From Candidatus Eiseniibacteriota bacterium (lineage in GTDB: Bacteria > Eisenbacteria > RBG-16-71-46 > JABDJR01): a stretch of 64,000 bases of DNA. Positions 33,874-45,264 of this stretch are shown piece by piece. The notes beneath the pieces were generated by a model. The model made no database searches and was not told the DNA's origin. It was given only the letters and a program-made list of their open reading frames with translations. The position numbers and the translations under genes are program-made. How positions within the stretch are numbered: position 1 is the stretch's first letter; each line of letters opens with the position of its first letter. Location of the stretch: the NCBI GenBank assembly GCA_963762255.1, contig CAVXKA010000001.1, positions 64,001 to 128,000 on the forward strand, in the 5' to 3' direction.

Positions 33874-34589
33874 AGTTCGTCCCCTGGAAGAGGTAGTCCA
33901 CGTAGATCCCCGGCGTGGCCACGACGTCGGGATCGATCTCGCCGATCGCGACCAGCATCTCGAGCCTCGGCGAGGGTGCAGCGGCCGGCGGTGGCCATCA
34001 TCGGATTGAAGTTGCGGGCGGTCATGCGATAAACGAGGTTCCCCGCCGCGTCCCCGAGGAACGCCTTCACGAACGCAAAGTCGGCGGTGATGCTCTCCTC
34101 GAGCACGTACATCCGGCCGTCGAATTCGCGCGTGTCCTTCTTCTTCGACGCCTTCACCGCGCTCCCGTCCTTGCCGTAGAGCATCGGGAGCCCGCCCTCG
34201 GAGATCTGGGTGCCGAAACCGGTCGGCGTGTAGAACGCCGGGATGCCCGCGCCGCCGGCCCGAATCTTCTCGGCGAAGGTCCCCTGCGGCACCAGCTCCA
34301 CCTCCAATTCCCCTTGCAGGAACTGGCTCTCGAAGGTCTTGTTCTCGCCCACGTAGGTCGAGACCATCTTCCTGACCTGCCGGGTTTGCAGAAGGAGTCC
34401 GATCCCGAAATCGTCCACTCCGGCGTTGTTGCTGATCATGGTGAGATCCTTCACCCCCAGCTCGCGGGTGGCGAGGATCAGGTTCTCGGGGATCCCGCAG
34501 AGACCGAAACCTCCGAGCAGGACCGTGGCTCCGTCCTTGAGCCCCGCCTTCTGGAGCGCCTCGGCGGCGTCCTTCACGATCTTGTTCAT
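33870..34589 (-). CDS. scoA: 3-oxoacid CoA-transferase subunit A (frameshift near the 3' end)
   Basis: [27 protein letters not shown] and TARNFNP; the terminal PGIYVD segment is in another frame. Confidence 0.93.
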   Translation of the reverse strand: MNKIVKDAAEALQKAGLKDGATVLLGGFGLCGIPENLILATRELGVKDLTMISNNAGVDDFGIGLLLQTRQVRKMVSTYVGENKTFESQFLQGELEVELVPQGTFAEKIRAGGAGIPAFYTPTGFGTQISEGGLPMLYGKDGSAVKASKKKDTREFDGRMYVLEESITADFAFVKAFLGDAAGNLVYRMTARNFNPMMATAGRCTLAEARDAGRDRRDRSRRRGHAGDLRGLPLPGDEL

Positions 34590-34603
34590 GCTCGTCTTCC
34601 TCT

Positions 34604-35338
34604 CTAGAACCGCACCCGCACCTCGGTGAACCGCTCCTCGGTGAGCGTCACCGCGCGCTCCACCGAGCCCAGGCCGGGCGCGCTCACGCGCACCAGATAG
34701 GGATTCTCAAACGTAACCGGAACCGCATCCCCGCTCTCGGGATCCACGGTCAGCGCGTCGAAGCCGGTCGGGAACGGCGCGAACTCGGCGCGTTCCCCGT
34801 CACGTGATGGCCTCGCCGTCGCGCTCCACAACAGCCACCGACACGCTCCATCAGCCGACTCGCGCAGGGCGTAGTAGTGCCCGTTGAATACGAAGCCCCC
34901 CGCACTGTCCAGGCACTTCCAGTGGACGGGATAGATACCCTCCGGAACGAGCGCGCCCGAATCGTCGCGCTGATTCCACGCCGGCATCCGCTCCCGCCAC
35001 GGGAGATCCGGCTCGGTGCGCATCACCTCACCGAGAAGATTGCGGATCTCGAGCGACCCGTGCGTGCAAAGCGGCTGAGCGACCGGAGCCCGAAACGGCG
35101 TCGGCTTCGTGGGGCAGGTCGGCGGCGGCACCGCGTTCTCCTGCCACAGCTCCACCTGGATCGAATCGAGATCGGCCGCTGCGCCCTCGAACACGATCCG
35201 CAAGCCCGCCCCTTCCAGCGCGTCGGCTCGCGTCGAATCGTCGCAGGCGACAAGCGCGAGCGCCAAGACGACGACCGACATCGCTGCCGGCACGGCCGCC
35301 AGCGCCGCACCGCCCCATCCCGTTCCTGCTCTCTTCAA
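34604..35338 (-). CDS. Hypothetical lipoprotein with internal FlgD-Ig-like motif
   Basis: Lipobox LALVAC; [13 protein letters not shown]...[16 protein letters not shown] resembles the FlgD-Ig consensus. Start uncertain. Confidence 0.6.
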   Translation of the reverse strand: MKRAGTGWGGAALAAVPAAMSVVVLALALVACDDSTRADALEGAGLRIVFEGAAADLDSIQVELWQENAVPPPTCPTKPTPFRAPVAQPLCTHGSLEIRNLLGEVMRTEPDLPWRERMPAWNQRDDSGALVPEGIYPVHWKCLDSAGGFVFNGHYYALRESADGACRWLLWSATARPSRDGERAEFAPFPTGFDALTVDPESGDAVPVTFENPYLVRVSAPGLGSVERAVTLTEERFTEVRVRF

Positions 35339-35348
35339 GATCGCCCGC

Positions 35349-35762
35349 TCACGCCCGCGCGCGCGGAGAGGACTGAAACCACTCCTTGATGTAGACCGCG
35401 ATCTCCGGGGTCGGCGTGCCCGGACCGAAGAGCTTGCCAACGCCGATCTCCGCCAAGGCCTGCATGTCCTGCTCGGGGATGATGCCGCCGCCGGTGATGA
35501 GAATGTCGTCGGCGCCTTTCTCCTTGAGCAACTCCACCAGCCGGCGGAACAGCGTCATGTGCGCGCCGGAGAGGATGCTCAGCGCCACCACGTCCACGTC
35601 CTCCTGCACGGCCATGTTCACCAGAGCCTCGGGGGTTTGATGCAGTCCCGAGTAGATGACCTCCATGCCGGCGTCGCGCAACGCCGCCGCCACCACCTTC
35701 GCCCCCCGGTCGTGGCCGTCCAGACCGGGCTTGCCCACCAGGACTCGGATCTTGTGTTCCAT
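35349..35762 (-). CDS. Cobalamin-binding small subunit of acyl-CoA mutase
   Basis: [10 protein letters not shown]...SILSGAH...GGIIP B12-binding motif. Confidence 0.95.
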   Translation of the reverse strand: MEHKIRVLVGKPGLDGHDRGAKVVAAALRDAGMEVIYSGLHQTPEALVNMAVQEDVDVVALSILSGAHMTLFRRLVELLKEKGADDILITGGGIIPEQDMQALAEIGVGKLFGPGTPTPEIAVYIKEWFQSSPRARA

Positions 35763-35811
35763 GCTCCGTCCCCTCGTCTTTCCGTCCCGCGCGCCCTGTT
35801 GCGCGATCTCC

Positions 35812-37473
35812 CTAGAACGAGTACGCCGGCTCGTGGTACTCGCCGAAGACCCCTCTCAACGTTTCGATCATCTCGCCGCCGGTGCACCCGGCGTGCGCGC
35901 AGCGGATGAGGTGCGGGACCACGTTCTCGGTTCCCTCGGCGGCCCCGCGCAGTCCGGCCAGCGCCGCTTTCACCTCGTGCGCGTCGCGCTCCCGGCGCAG
36001 TCGCGCGAGGTGCTCGTTCTGCGCCCGCTCCGACGACTCGTCGATGTAGAGGATCGGGATCTCGATCTTCTCGTTCTCTTCGATGTAGTCGTTCACGCCC
36101 ACGATGATCCGCTGCCGGCGTTCGATCTCGTCCTGATAGCGTCGGCTGGCGCGGGCGATCTCGTTCTGGAACCAGCCCTTCTCGATCCCGGGCACCACGC
36201 CTCCGACCTTCTTGATCTTCTCGAAATAGTCGTAGGCTTCCTTCTCCAAACGGTTGGTCAGCGCCTCCACGTAGTAGGAGCCGCCCAGCGGATCGACGGT
36301 GTTGGTGACGCCGAGCTCGTGGGCGATGATCTGCTGCGTGCGAAGAGCGATCTTCGCCGCCTTCTCGCTGGGCAGCGCCAGCGTCTCGTCCATGGCGTTG
36401 GTGTGGAGCGACTGGGTGCCGCCGAAGACCGCGGCCAGCGCCTCGAAGGCGGTGCGCACGATATTGTTCTCGGGCTGCTGCGCGGTGAGAGAAACCCCCG
36501 CGGTCTGGGTATGGAAGCGCACCAGCCAGGAGCGCGGGTCCTTGGCCTTGTAGCGCCCCCGCATCTCGCGGGCCCAGATCCGCCGCGCGGCGCGCATCTT
36601 GGCGATCTCCTCGAAGAAGTCCTGATGGCAGTCCCAGAAGAACGAGAGACGCGGCGCGAACGTGTCGACGTCCATCCCCGCCTTCATTCCCCGCTCCACG
36701 TACTCGAACCCGTTGGCCAGCGTGAAGGCCAGCTCCTGCGCCGCGGTCGAGCCCGCCTCGCGAATGTGGTAGCCGGAGATCGAGATCGAGTTCCACTGGG
36801 GCACGTGCTCGGCGCAGTGGGCCATGAGGTCGGTGATGAGCCGCAGCGCGGGCTCGGGGGGGAAGCACCACGCGTGCTGCGCGATGTACTCCTTCAAGAT
36901 GTCGTTCTGCAGCGTGCCGCGAAGGTCCTTCGGGCTCACGCCCTGTTTCTCGGCGGCGGCCACGTAGAACGCGAACAGCACGACCGCGGGGCCGTTGATG
37001 GTCATCGAGGTCGAGATCTTGTCGAGAGGGATCCCGTCGAAGAGCCGCTGCATGTCGCGCATGCTGTCGATGGCGACCCCGCACTTGCCCACCTCGCCGC
37101 GCGCGCGCGGATGATCGGAGTCGTAGCCCATCAACGTCGGGAAGTCGAACGCCACCGAGAGACCGGTCTGCCCGTGCTTCAGGAGGTAGTGATAGCGCGC
37201 GTTGGTGTCGGCGGCGGAGCCGTAGCCCGAAAACTGACGGTGCGTCCAGAGCCTGCCGCGGTACATGTTGGGGTGGATGCCGCGCGTGTAGGGGTACTCG
37301 CCGGGAAAGCCGAGATCGCGTTGGTAATCGAGATCGGCCACGTCCGCCGGCGTGTAGAGCGGCTGCACCGGCTCGCCCGAGATCGTCTCGAAGAGGACGT
37401 CGCGATCGGCGCTCCGCTCCGCCGCGCGCGCCTTCCACCGCTCGTAGTCCTGGCGGAGCTGTCCGAGATCCAT
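35812..37473 (-). CDS. Acyl-CoA mutase large subunit, probably isobutyryl-CoA mutase
   Basis: MCM-family motifs with RQFSG (Phe) and KEYIAQ (Gln) at the MCM Tyr89/Arg207-equivalent positions. Confidence 0.88.
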   Translation of the reverse strand: MDLGQLRQDYERWKARAAERSADRDVLFETISGEPVQPLYTPADVADLDYQRDLGFPGEYPYTRGIHPNMYRGRLWTHRQFSGYGSAADTNARYHYLLKHGQTGLSVAFDFPTLMGYDSDHPRARGEVGKCGVAIDSMRDMQRLFDGIPLDKISTSMTINGPAVVLFAFYVAAAEKQGVSPKDLRGTLQNDILKEYIAQHAWCFPPEPALRLITDLMAHCAEHVPQWNSISISGYHIREAGSTAAQELAFTLANGFEYVERGMKAGMDVDTFAPRLSFFWDCHQDFFEEIAKMRAARRIWAREMRGRYKAKDPRSWLVRFHTQTAGVSLTAQQPENNIVRTAFEALAAVFGGTQSLHTNAMDETLALPSEKAAKIALRTQQIIAHELGVTNTVDPLGGSYYVEALTNRLEKEAYDYFEKIKKVGGVVPGIEKGWFQNEIARASRRYQDEIERRQRIIVGVNDYIEENEKIEIPILYIDESSERAQNEHLARLRRERDAHEVKAALAGLRGAAEGTENVVPHLIRCAHAGCTGGEMIETLRGVFGEYHEPAYSF

Positions 37474-37489
37474 ACCGCCTCCGTTCCGT

Positions 37490-38464
37490 CTAGTCCATGC
37501 CCGCAGCGGCGCCGGTCCCGCCGAGGCGGCTCAAAACCTCCCGCGCCGCGTCGTGGGGCGTCAGCTCGCGCCGCGTCACGCGATCGAGGATCTCTTCGAG
37601 CCGCGGCCCGCCGTCGGTTTCCATCCGGTTCAAGAGTTCCTGCCGCGCCTCGCTCAGAAGCCGCAGCTTGAGCGTGCGCCGCCGCCGCGCCTCGAACACG
37701 CCGGTCGCGGCGTTGTGAGCGCGATGGCGCCCCACCGCCTCGATCAGTTCGGCCAGCCCCTCGTTGCGCGACGCCGTGGTCTTGAGCACCTCCGGCCGCC
37801 ATCCATCGCGAGTGCGCGCGAGTTCCAGCATCGACACCACTTCGTTCACGAGTTGATCCGCGCCGTCGCGGTCCGCCTTGTTCACCACGATGAGATCCCC
37901 GATCTCCATGAGACCCGCCTTCATCGCCTGAATCGCGTCCCCCGACTCGGGCACCAGCACCACGGCCACCGAATCGGTCGCCGTTGCGATGTCCAGCTCC
38001 ACCTGTCCGACCCCAACGGTCTCCACGAGAATCATGGTGAACCCGGCCGCGTCCAACAGGTCGAGTGCCTCGTCGGTTGCCGCGGCCAGCCCACCGAGGC
38101 TCCCGCGCGTGGCCATGCTCCGCATGTAGATCTGCGGATCCTCGGAAAGCTCGATCATGCGATAGCGATCGCCCAGGAGCGCGCCGCCGGTGAACGGCGA
38201 CGTGGGGTCCACCGCCACCACCGCGACCTTCTCTCCGCGATCGCGCAGGAGAATGGCGAGTCGCGCGATGAGCGTGCTCTTCCCTGCGCCCGGAGGACCG
38301 GTGATCCCCAGTCGATAGGCGTGACCGGTCTTCGGATAGACCCTGCGCAGCACCTCCCCGATGCGCGCGTCCCGGTTCTCAGCCCAACTGATGAGCCGCG
38401 CCAACGCCAGCGTGTCGCGCGTGGCAAGCCCTGCCACCAGGCTATCGATGCTGTTCCTGTTCAC
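37490..38464 (-). CDS. meaB: Acyl-CoA mutase-associated GTPase
   Basis: [38 protein letters not shown] and NKAD motifs. Confidence 0.95.
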   Translation of the reverse strand: MNRNSIDSLVAGLATRDTLALARLISWAENRDARIGEVLRRVYPKTGHAYRLGITGPPGAGKSTLIARLAILLRDRGEKVAVVAVDPTSPFTGGALLGDRYRMIELSEDPQIYMRSMATRGSLGGLAAATDEALDLLDAAGFTMILVETVGVGQVELDIATATDSVAVVLVPESGDAIQAMKAGLMEIGDLIVVNKADRDGADQLVNEVVSMLELARTRDGWRPEVLKTTASRNEGLAELIEAVGRHRAHNAATGVFEARRRRTLKLRLLSEARQELLNRMETDGGPRLEEILDRVTRRELTPHDAAREVLSRLGGTGAAAGMD

Positions 38465-38656
38465 GAGACCTCACGGCTGGGCGATGACGCGGCGGCAACC
38501 GAGGCGGTCTCCTATGGAAGCACTCGCCCCGGTTATGCGGGCAACAGTCGAGGAACCGCGATAAACCCTAACAGGGCTTAGGCTTGAGGTCAATCGATGG
38601 GGAACATGGAGATGCAGATTAGTGCACGCGTGGATAGCAGGGGGAGGCAGCACGGG

Positions 38657-38699
38657 GAAAAAGAAAGCGGGCCCGAGGTGTGTCCGGTTCGGGCCCGCT
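38657..38699 (-). terminator. Intrinsic terminator (minus strand)
   Basis: 11-bp stem agcgggcccga / tcgggcccgct, followed on the minus strand by ttcttttt. Confidence 0.8.
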
Positions 38700-38828
38700 C
38701 AAGAAGTCCAACGAGCTGGTTCGGTAGTACTCTTCCCTGTTCTTTGGAGGTGCAAGAGAGACTCAGAGAAGTCGGGTTTGGCTCGTCGGCCTTCGCGCGT
38801 GTCTTGCAACGACTGCAAGTCCTCATAC

Positions 38829-38844
38829 TGCAAGAAGAAGGCCG
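38829..38844 (-). promoter_or_regulatory. Putative sigma-54 (-24/-12) promoter
   Basis: Minus strand reads cGGCcttcttcTTGCa, the GG-N10-GC spacing of RpoN promoters. Confidence 0.4.
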
Positions 38845-38987
38845 TATTCCAGCCAGGGTCAGAATCGCCCGGTCCTATTCGTTAAGTTTATGTCAATCAA
38901 TATGTTCCAACTGGAGAGGCTGCCCCGCAGGCAACTTCCAATGAGGGACTCCCGGCTCAAAACGGTCAGCGGGTGCCCACCTTCTGG

Positions 38988-39254
38988 CTATTCGCTATCC
39001 AGCGGAGGCTTGTCGCTCCCCTTACGATCCGGCCACTGGGGATGGAAACCACCGCCTGCCCGACGCTTGTAGCCAGGTTTCTTGCGGTAATCCCCGGCCC
39101 GAGTCCGGCCCCAGTCGGGCCGGAATCTCTTGGGCCCCTTCCTCCGCTTGATCTCCGCTCGCTCTCTGTTCTGGAGGTAGGTCCCGACGAGGATCACGAG
39201 AAGAAGAATGGACCCGACGACGACGGCAGGGTTGGCGAAGAGGCGGTCAAGCAT
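38988..39254 (-). CDS. Small single-TM hypothetical protein with basic tail
   Basis: MLDRLFANPAVVVGSILLLVILVGTYLQ followed by a K/R-rich tail. Confidence 0.5.
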   Translation of the reverse strand: MLDRLFANPAVVVGSILLLVILVGTYLQNRERAEIKRRKGPKRFRPDWGRTRAGDYRKKPGYKRRAGGGFHPQWPDRKGSDKPPLDSE

Positions 39255-39392
39255 TGTGCAGCTTCCGAATGCAAACTGACCGGTGAGAGGGGGAAGCGCC
39301 GCCGATCGGCCAGGCAAACTCCCCCCCCATTGCAGCCGTATTCGATCATGCCACAACGAACTCGGGACGGCCAGCGCGGTTCGGAGTGCACT

Positions 39393-39408
39393 TGGCATCA
39401 CCCCTGCA
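39393..39408 (+). promoter_or_regulatory. Putative sigma-54 (-24/-12) promoter in front of the 6S-like RNA
   Basis: TGGCATCACCCCTGCA matches TGGCA-N7-TGCA; predicted +1 near 39419, coinciding with the start of the RNA stem. Confidence 0.6.
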
Positions 39409-39420
39409 ATAGTGATGGGT

Positions 39421-39601
39421 TGTGGCCGGCGGCAGTCTCCCTGCACGGCCCGTGAGGTTTCGCGTCTCTTGAGTCAACAAGCCGATCTTGGGACCTGGCT
39501 GCCTTACCCCAAGTTGGGAAGTCACTGCCGGACCCGCCTTTGAATCGGATTCAAGTGACCCGGATGCCCACGGCTCAGCGGGGAGGCTGGCGCCGGTCGC
39601 T
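39421..39601 (+). ncRNA. ssrS: 6S RNA-like ncRNA (~180 nt)
   Basis: 5' gtggccggcggcagtctccctgc pairs with 3' gcggggaggctggcgccggtcgc. Internal 6S hallmarks: ctcttgagtcaaca (cf. CCCUGAGCCGAUA) and cgcctttgaatcggattcaag (cf. CACCUUGAACC..GGUUCAAG). Confidence 0.75.
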
Positions 39602-39655
39602 CGTTTATCCCCCGCACTATTGAAGGCGCCGCCGTCGCCGCGTGCCCCCCCCAAC

Positions 39656-40045
39656 TCACATTCTGTACCGGCCGGTGGCATTGAACGCCGCCTGGATGTG
39701 CCGAACCACGAGCGCCGCACTTTCCCCCGGCAACGGCTCCAGGGTCACCACATCGAACCGCACGCGAACGCCGGTCAGACCCGTCACCCTCAGATAGCCG
39801 ACCGTCGCGGTCTCAAGATCGCGCTGCTTCTGCGGGGTCACGGCCAGCGCGGCGCGCTGATGGCCGTACGCCCGGTACTTCACTTCGACGATGGCGAGCA
39901 CCGGGCCGAGGCGCGCGATGAGATCGATTTCGAGACGGCTGAAGCGATAATTCCGCTCGAGGATCTGGTAGCCGCGCAAAGCGAGGAAGGCGGCGGCCAG
40001 GGTTTCGGCGTGGCGGCCGCGATCGACATGGGATGCCGGTTGCAT
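39656..40045 (-). CDS. yraN: YraN family (UPF0102) putative nuclease
   Basis: GRHAETLAAAFL..GYQILERNYR..EIDLIA..IVEVKYR..RFDVV; lies downstream of rplS. Confidence 0.93.
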   Translation of the reverse strand: MQPASHVDRGRHAETLAAAFLALRGYQILERNYRFSRLEIDLIARLGPVLAIVEVKYRAYGHQRAALAVTPQKQRDLETATVGYLRVTGLTGVRVRFDVVTLEPLPGESAALVVRHIQAAFNATGRYRM

Positions 40046-40140
40046 GGTGTGAGCCCCCGGACGGGGGCGTTGAGGAGGCGAGCGGAGCGGCGGGGGCCCT
40101 CATGCTTGATCGCGCGCGCGCGGGCCGTCAAGATCGGGGC

Positions 40141-42124
40141 ATGCGCTCACCCGAAGCCGACGTGCCGCCCCTCGTCTATGTCCCCGAACCCGGCGGGGCC
40201 GAACGCGCCCTCGACCTGGAGTGGATCGAGACCGACGGGCTCGGCGGATTCGCATCCTCCACCGTGGCACTGGCCAATACGCGCTGCTACCACGCCGTCT
40301 TCGCTCCGGCGGTGCATCCCCCGCTCGGCCGCATGGTTCTCTGGGCGGCATCCGAGGAACGGTTGATGCTGGGCGGAGGCGAGATGGTGGCTCTTGGCGC
40401 GCGGCATGGGGCGGACGGCATAGTCTTCCCGCGCGGGTTCGAGCGGCTCGAGCGGTTCGAGGCGCGGCCGTGGCCTCGGTGGACCTACGCCATCGACGGC
40501 GCCCATCTCATTCGCGAGCACTTTCTCGTGCACGGCGCGGGGGATGCGATCCTCGGCTATACGTGGTCGGGCCCGACGGCGGTGGAGCTGCGCGTGCGGC
40601 CGCTCCTGGCGTTTCGCGACTATCACTCGGTGGGACAGCGTGACGGCGCCACCGGGACGATCGAGCGACCGCGCGGCGGCGTGACGGTCTTTCGCTTCCG
40701 CGGTGACTCGCCGACGTTGTTCGTGGAGTCGGATGGAAGCGCGTTCGTCGAGAGCCCGAAGTGGATCGAGGGGATCGCGCTCCCCATCGAGACGGAGCGA
40801 GGTCTCCCCGACCGCGAGGATTGCTGGAGCCCGGGCGAGATCGTGCTGCGCCTCGAGCCAGGCCGCACGGCGTGGCTGCGCGCGGGTCTCGATGCGGATG
40901 CGCCGGGGCACCCCGAGGCTCTGCGCGAGAGCGAGCGAGCGCGCCGCCGCGAGTTGGATGCGCTTGCCGGCCCCGTCCCGCCCGGACTCGAGCCGCTCGT
41001 CATGGCCGCCGACCAATTCCTGGTGAAGCGCGCAGGAAAGAACACGGTGATCGCGGGCTACCCGTGGTTCACCGACTGGGGGCGCGACACCATGATCTCG
41101 CTCCCCGGTCTCACCATCGCCGCCGGGCGCCCGGCGATCGCGCGCGAGCTCATCCTCACCTTTGTCGAGCACATGCGGGACGGGCTCATTCCCAATCGGT
41201 TCCCCGACTCGGGCGAGACCCCCGAGTACAACACGGTGGACGCGACGCTCTGGCTGGCGGTGGCGATGCGCCACACTTGGGAAGCCACCCGGGACACCAG
41301 GTTCGTGCGCGAGATCCTGCCCGCGCTGCGCGAGGCGCGCGACCGTCACATCCACGGTACTCGGCACGGAATTCACGTGGATGCGGACGGCCTTCTGGCC
41401 GCGGGTGAGGCCGGGTGCCAGCTCACATGGATGGACGCCAAGGCGGACGACTGGGTGGTCACCCCGCGGATGGGAAAGCCGGTCGAGATCCAGGCGCTCT
41501 GGTACAACCTGCTTGTGATCGGGGCGGAGCTGGAGATTGTCGTCGGCGGGGATCCCGGTCCCTGGCGCGCGGCGGCGGCACCGGTACCCGATGCGTTCCG
41601 GCGCGCGTTCTGGGATCCCGCGCGCGGCTATCTGGCCGACGTGATCGCCCCCGACGGCGTCGCCGACTGGTCGCTGCGTCCGAACCAACTCTTCGCGCTC
41701 TCGCTGCCGCACGCGCTGGTGGACGCGGAGCAGGCGCGCTCCGTCCTCGCGCTCGTGCGAGCGAAGCTCAACACGCCGCGCGGGCTGCGCTCATTGGATC
41801 CCGCGCATCCCGACTACCATCCGCACTATCTCGGCGATCGACGGACGCGAGACGGCGCGTATCACCAGGGCACGGTGTGGGGTTGGCTGCACGGGCCGTA
41901 CATGGAGGCGCTCTTGCGATACGAGGGCGAGGCGGGGCGCCGCGAAGCGCGCGCGCTTCTCGACGGCTGGGCCGAGCACCTGCACGAGGCCTGCATGGGC
42001 CAGGCGTCCGAGGTCTTCGACGGAGAGTCGCCGCACACGTCGCGAGGGTGTTTCGCGCAGGCGTGGACGGTGGCCGAACTCGTTGAGGATCGCCCGGCTA
42101 CTGGGCGCGCAGTGCGCCGCGTAG
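40141..42124 (+). CDS. Amylo-alpha-1,6-glucosidase / glycogen debranching enzyme (frameshift at the extreme 3' end)
   Basis: EWIETDGLGGFASST, IAGYPWFTDWGRDTMI, YNTVDATLW, TWMDAK, RPNQ, YHQGTVW and QAWTVAE motifs. Confidence 0.93.
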
Positions 42125-42212
42125 CGAATCGCCCGTCGACCGCAGTCCGAAGGGCCGCGAAGCGGGGGCCCCTTCGGCGAGGGCGACCGGCGAGACGCGA
42201 AGCGGCGCGCGA

Positions 42213-42717
42213 TTACTTCTTCTTCTTAGCCGCGGGGGTCGCGGGCTTCACCGTGGCCTTGGCCTTCGGTGCGCCCTTCTTGACGACGGCAGCCTTCGGA
42301 ACGGTCGCTCCCGAGGCCAGGTCGGCGGCCTTCACCGCCTCCAGCACCTCGGCGGCCGACGCGAACTCGGTGCCCAGACGACGTCCGGCGATGCGGGCGG
42401 CCTTGCCCTTGCGATCGCGCATGTAGGTGAGCTGGGCCCGACGCACCTTCCCCACGGTCACGCGCTCGATGAGGATGATGTTGGGCGAGTGGGTCGGAAA
42501 GAGACGCTCGACCGCGATCCCGTTCGAGATCTTGCGGACCTTGAACGTCTCGCGGATTCCGCCGCCCCGCCGGCCGATCACGGTGCCCTGGAACACCTGG
42601 CTACGGACCTTGTCGCCTTCGACGACCTTCACGTGCACGCGGACGGTGTCACCCACCCGAAACTCCGGAATCTCCAGCTTGAGGTTCTGGCGCTCGACTC
42701 GATTGATCGACTTTCAT
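42213..42717 (-). CDS. rplS: 50S ribosomal protein L19 with Lys/Ala-rich C-terminal extension (frameshift after the start)
   Basis: [46 protein letters not shown]. Confidence 0.96.
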
Positions 42718-42732
42718 GATCGTGTCCTCTAC

Positions 42733-43500
42733 TTACCGAGACCCCGATTCGCGGAGATCCGGTGCCTGTCTTTCCCGGCGCAACCGCTCCAGGAACTTCC
42801 GGTCGCTCTCTGTCAGCTCCGCCTTCTCGAGAAGGTCGGGCCGACGCTGCCACGTCGCCTCGAGCCGCCGCTCCCGCCGCCACCGCGCGATGTTCGCGTG
42901 ATGGCCGGACAAGAGAACCTCGGGCACTCGGCGCCCTTCAAACTCCTCCGGACGGGTGTAGTCGGGATAGCCGAGGAGACCGTCCTCGTGGCTGTCCTCT
43001 TCACCCGACTGCGCGTCGCCCAGCACCCCCGGAAGGAGCCGGGCCACCGCCTCGATCATGACCGCCGCCGCGAGCTCGCCGCCCGCAAGCACGAAGTCGC
43101 CGATCGAGACCTCGTCCGCATCGAGAAGATCGACGACGCGCTCGTCGATCCCCTTGTATCGTCCGCACACGAGGGTGAACGCCTCGAGGCGGCTCCATTC
43201 CCGGGCCAGCGCCTGATCGAAGCGCCGCCCCTTCGCGCTCATGACGATCGCCTTGCCCCGCTCCGCGGGATCGAGGCCTCGCCACGCCGCAACCACCGAA
43301 TCCACCTTCATCACCATCCCGGCGCCGCCCCCGTAGGGAGCATCGTCGGTGGTGCGATGGACGTCGGAGGTGAAGTCCCGTATGTCGATCGCCCGCAGGT
43401 CCAGCGCCTCGCGCTCGCGCGCGATGCGAACCATGCCCTCCGAGAGGGCGGCCTCAACGAGGCCGGGAAACACCGTCAGTACGCGGACGCGGAGGCTCAT
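42733..43500 (-). CDS. trmD: tRNA (guanine37-N1)-methyltransferase
   Basis: DDAPYGGGAGMVM, CGRYKGIDER, SIGDFVLAGGE and PDYTRP motifs. Confidence 0.97.
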   Translation of the reverse strand: MSLRVRVLTVFPGLVEAALSEGMVRIAREREALDLRAIDIRDFTSDVHRTTDDAPYGGGAGMVMKVDSVVAAWRGLDPAERGKAIVMSAKGRRFDQALAREWSRLEAFTLVCGRYKGIDERVVDLLDADEVSIGDFVLAGGELAAAVMIEAVARLLPGVLGDAQSGEEDSHEDGLLGYPDYTRPEEFEGRRVPEVLLSGHHANIARWRRERRLEATWQRRPDLLEKAELTESDRKFLERLRRERQAPDLRESGSR

Positions 43501-44148
43501 GCCGGTTCGTCTCCGCCGTCTTCGACCGTTCGGGTCTCGTGGGAGCGTGCTCGCGGGCGGGTCCCCCGATTCGCGGCCCGCCCGACTGCGCTCGCTCCCT
43601 CGATCCCCTCCCGTTCGACGGCGGCGGACGGTACCTTCTGCGCCTCTTCGAGGCCAGCCGGCATCTCCACGAGAATCCGCCGGCCCTTCAGATCCACTTC
43701 GCGGATGAAGGGCTCTATCGCGGGGATGAGGATCTCCCCTCTCTCCCCGCGAACCACCAGGAGGTCATGGGCACCGGGCTCCCAGATCTCCTCCACCGTC
43801 CCCAGGGGGACGCCTTCGGTCGTGATCACCTCGAGGCCGATGAGGTCGAACTGGTAGTAGGTCCCCTCGACCAGCGGCGGCAGCCTGTCCTGATCGACGG
43901 ACAGATCCGCACCGGCGAGAGCCTCGGCCTCGTTGCGATCGTCTCAAGTCCTTGAAGGTCACGATCCACCCCTTGGGAGTGGCCCGCACCTTCTCCACCG
44001 TCATGGTGAAGGTCGCGTTCTGGCGCCGGAGCGTGAGCTCCGAACCGGGATCCAGGATCCCGGGCGCATCGCCGTAGCGATCCACCATGACTTCACCGCG
44101 TATGCCGTGGGCGCGTCGCACGCGGCCCACCAGAACGGTCCGGCCCAT
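43497..44148 (-). CDS. rimM: Ribosome maturation factor RimM (frameshift near 43940)
   Basis: VGRVRRAHGIRGEV; YYQFDLIGLEV..GAHDLLVV..ILIPAIEPFIREVDL; conserved synteny. Confidence 0.93.
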
Positions 44149-44167
44149 AGTCCCCCGGCCGACGCGG

Positions 44168-44394
<227 letters not shown>

Positions 44395-44398
<4 letters not shown>

Positions 44399-44847
44399 GG
44401 CCGGCTAGGCCTCTTCGCCCTCGGCGGGCGCCGCAGGCTCGGGGGCATCGGCCACTTCGGGCTCCGGCGCCTCCGCGACCGCGGTCGCAGTCTCGGCTTC
44501 GACGGCACGGGCGCCGCTTCGGCCTTGGCCGGCTTGCGTCCCGTCTTCTTGGGCCTCAACTCCTCGGGCGCAGCCGCCTCGAACTCGAGGCTGCCTCGGC
44601 GCGAGATGTGCAAGCTGTTCTCACGCTTCAAGAGCGTGCGCACGGAGTCGGAAAGCTGAGCTCCCCGCTCGGTCCAGTAAGCTACCTTGTCGCGGTCGAC
44701 GTTGACGACCACGGGATCTTCGAGCGGGTTGTAGTAGCCGATCTCCTCCACCGAGCGGCCGTCGCGCTGCTTGCGCGAATCGATGACCACCACGCGGTAG
44801 AAGGGGCGGTTCTTCCCCCCAGCCCGACTCAATCGAATCATGAGCAC
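44395..44847 (-). CDS. rpsP: 30S ribosomal protein S16 with low-complexity tail (frameshift in the tail)
   Basis: MIRLSRAGGKNRPFYRVVVIDSRKQRDGRSVEEIGYYNP..GAQLSDSV. Confidence 0.96.
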
Positions 44848-45264
44848 GTTAGTTATCTCCTCCAAGGTCCACGACGGATGGCCTTGCGATGCGCTTCGAG
44901 GCCGGGCCGGAGCGGAGTTGATGATGCGCGGTTCCTATGTTTCGCCGGCAAGGCACGGCATGGCCTGCCTCGCCGGGCGCGGTCATCCCCGCGCGCAGAA
45001 GCGGCGAAGGAGAATAACACAGGGGGATCGGGGGAAGGAAGAGGCTTGAGGCGCGATCCCGGGGACGGGACTGAAACTGAACACTAGCCCGGGAGGCGCC
45101 CCGCGTCCATATCTAAGACTCTGGACACCAAAGAGTTATGAGGGGCCCCGGCCACTCGGCGGGAGCCCCTTCGGGTTTCGTGCGAAAGCGCGCCCCATGG
45201 AGTCTGGTGCTTCCCGAGCGAGCATGCGTTAGAGTCCGCCTCATCTCTTGCTCCGGAGGCGCTC

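Noticed and set aside
38590-38826. 78-aa Cys-containing ORF (MRTCSRCK...) as a peptide gene
   Set aside because: No RBS, and it runs through a strong intrinsic terminator; a non-coding interpretation fits better.
42125-42426. C-terminal extension of the debranching enzyme overlapping rplS
   Set aside because: Caused by a frameshift after QAWTVAEL; the corrected frame stops at 42124.
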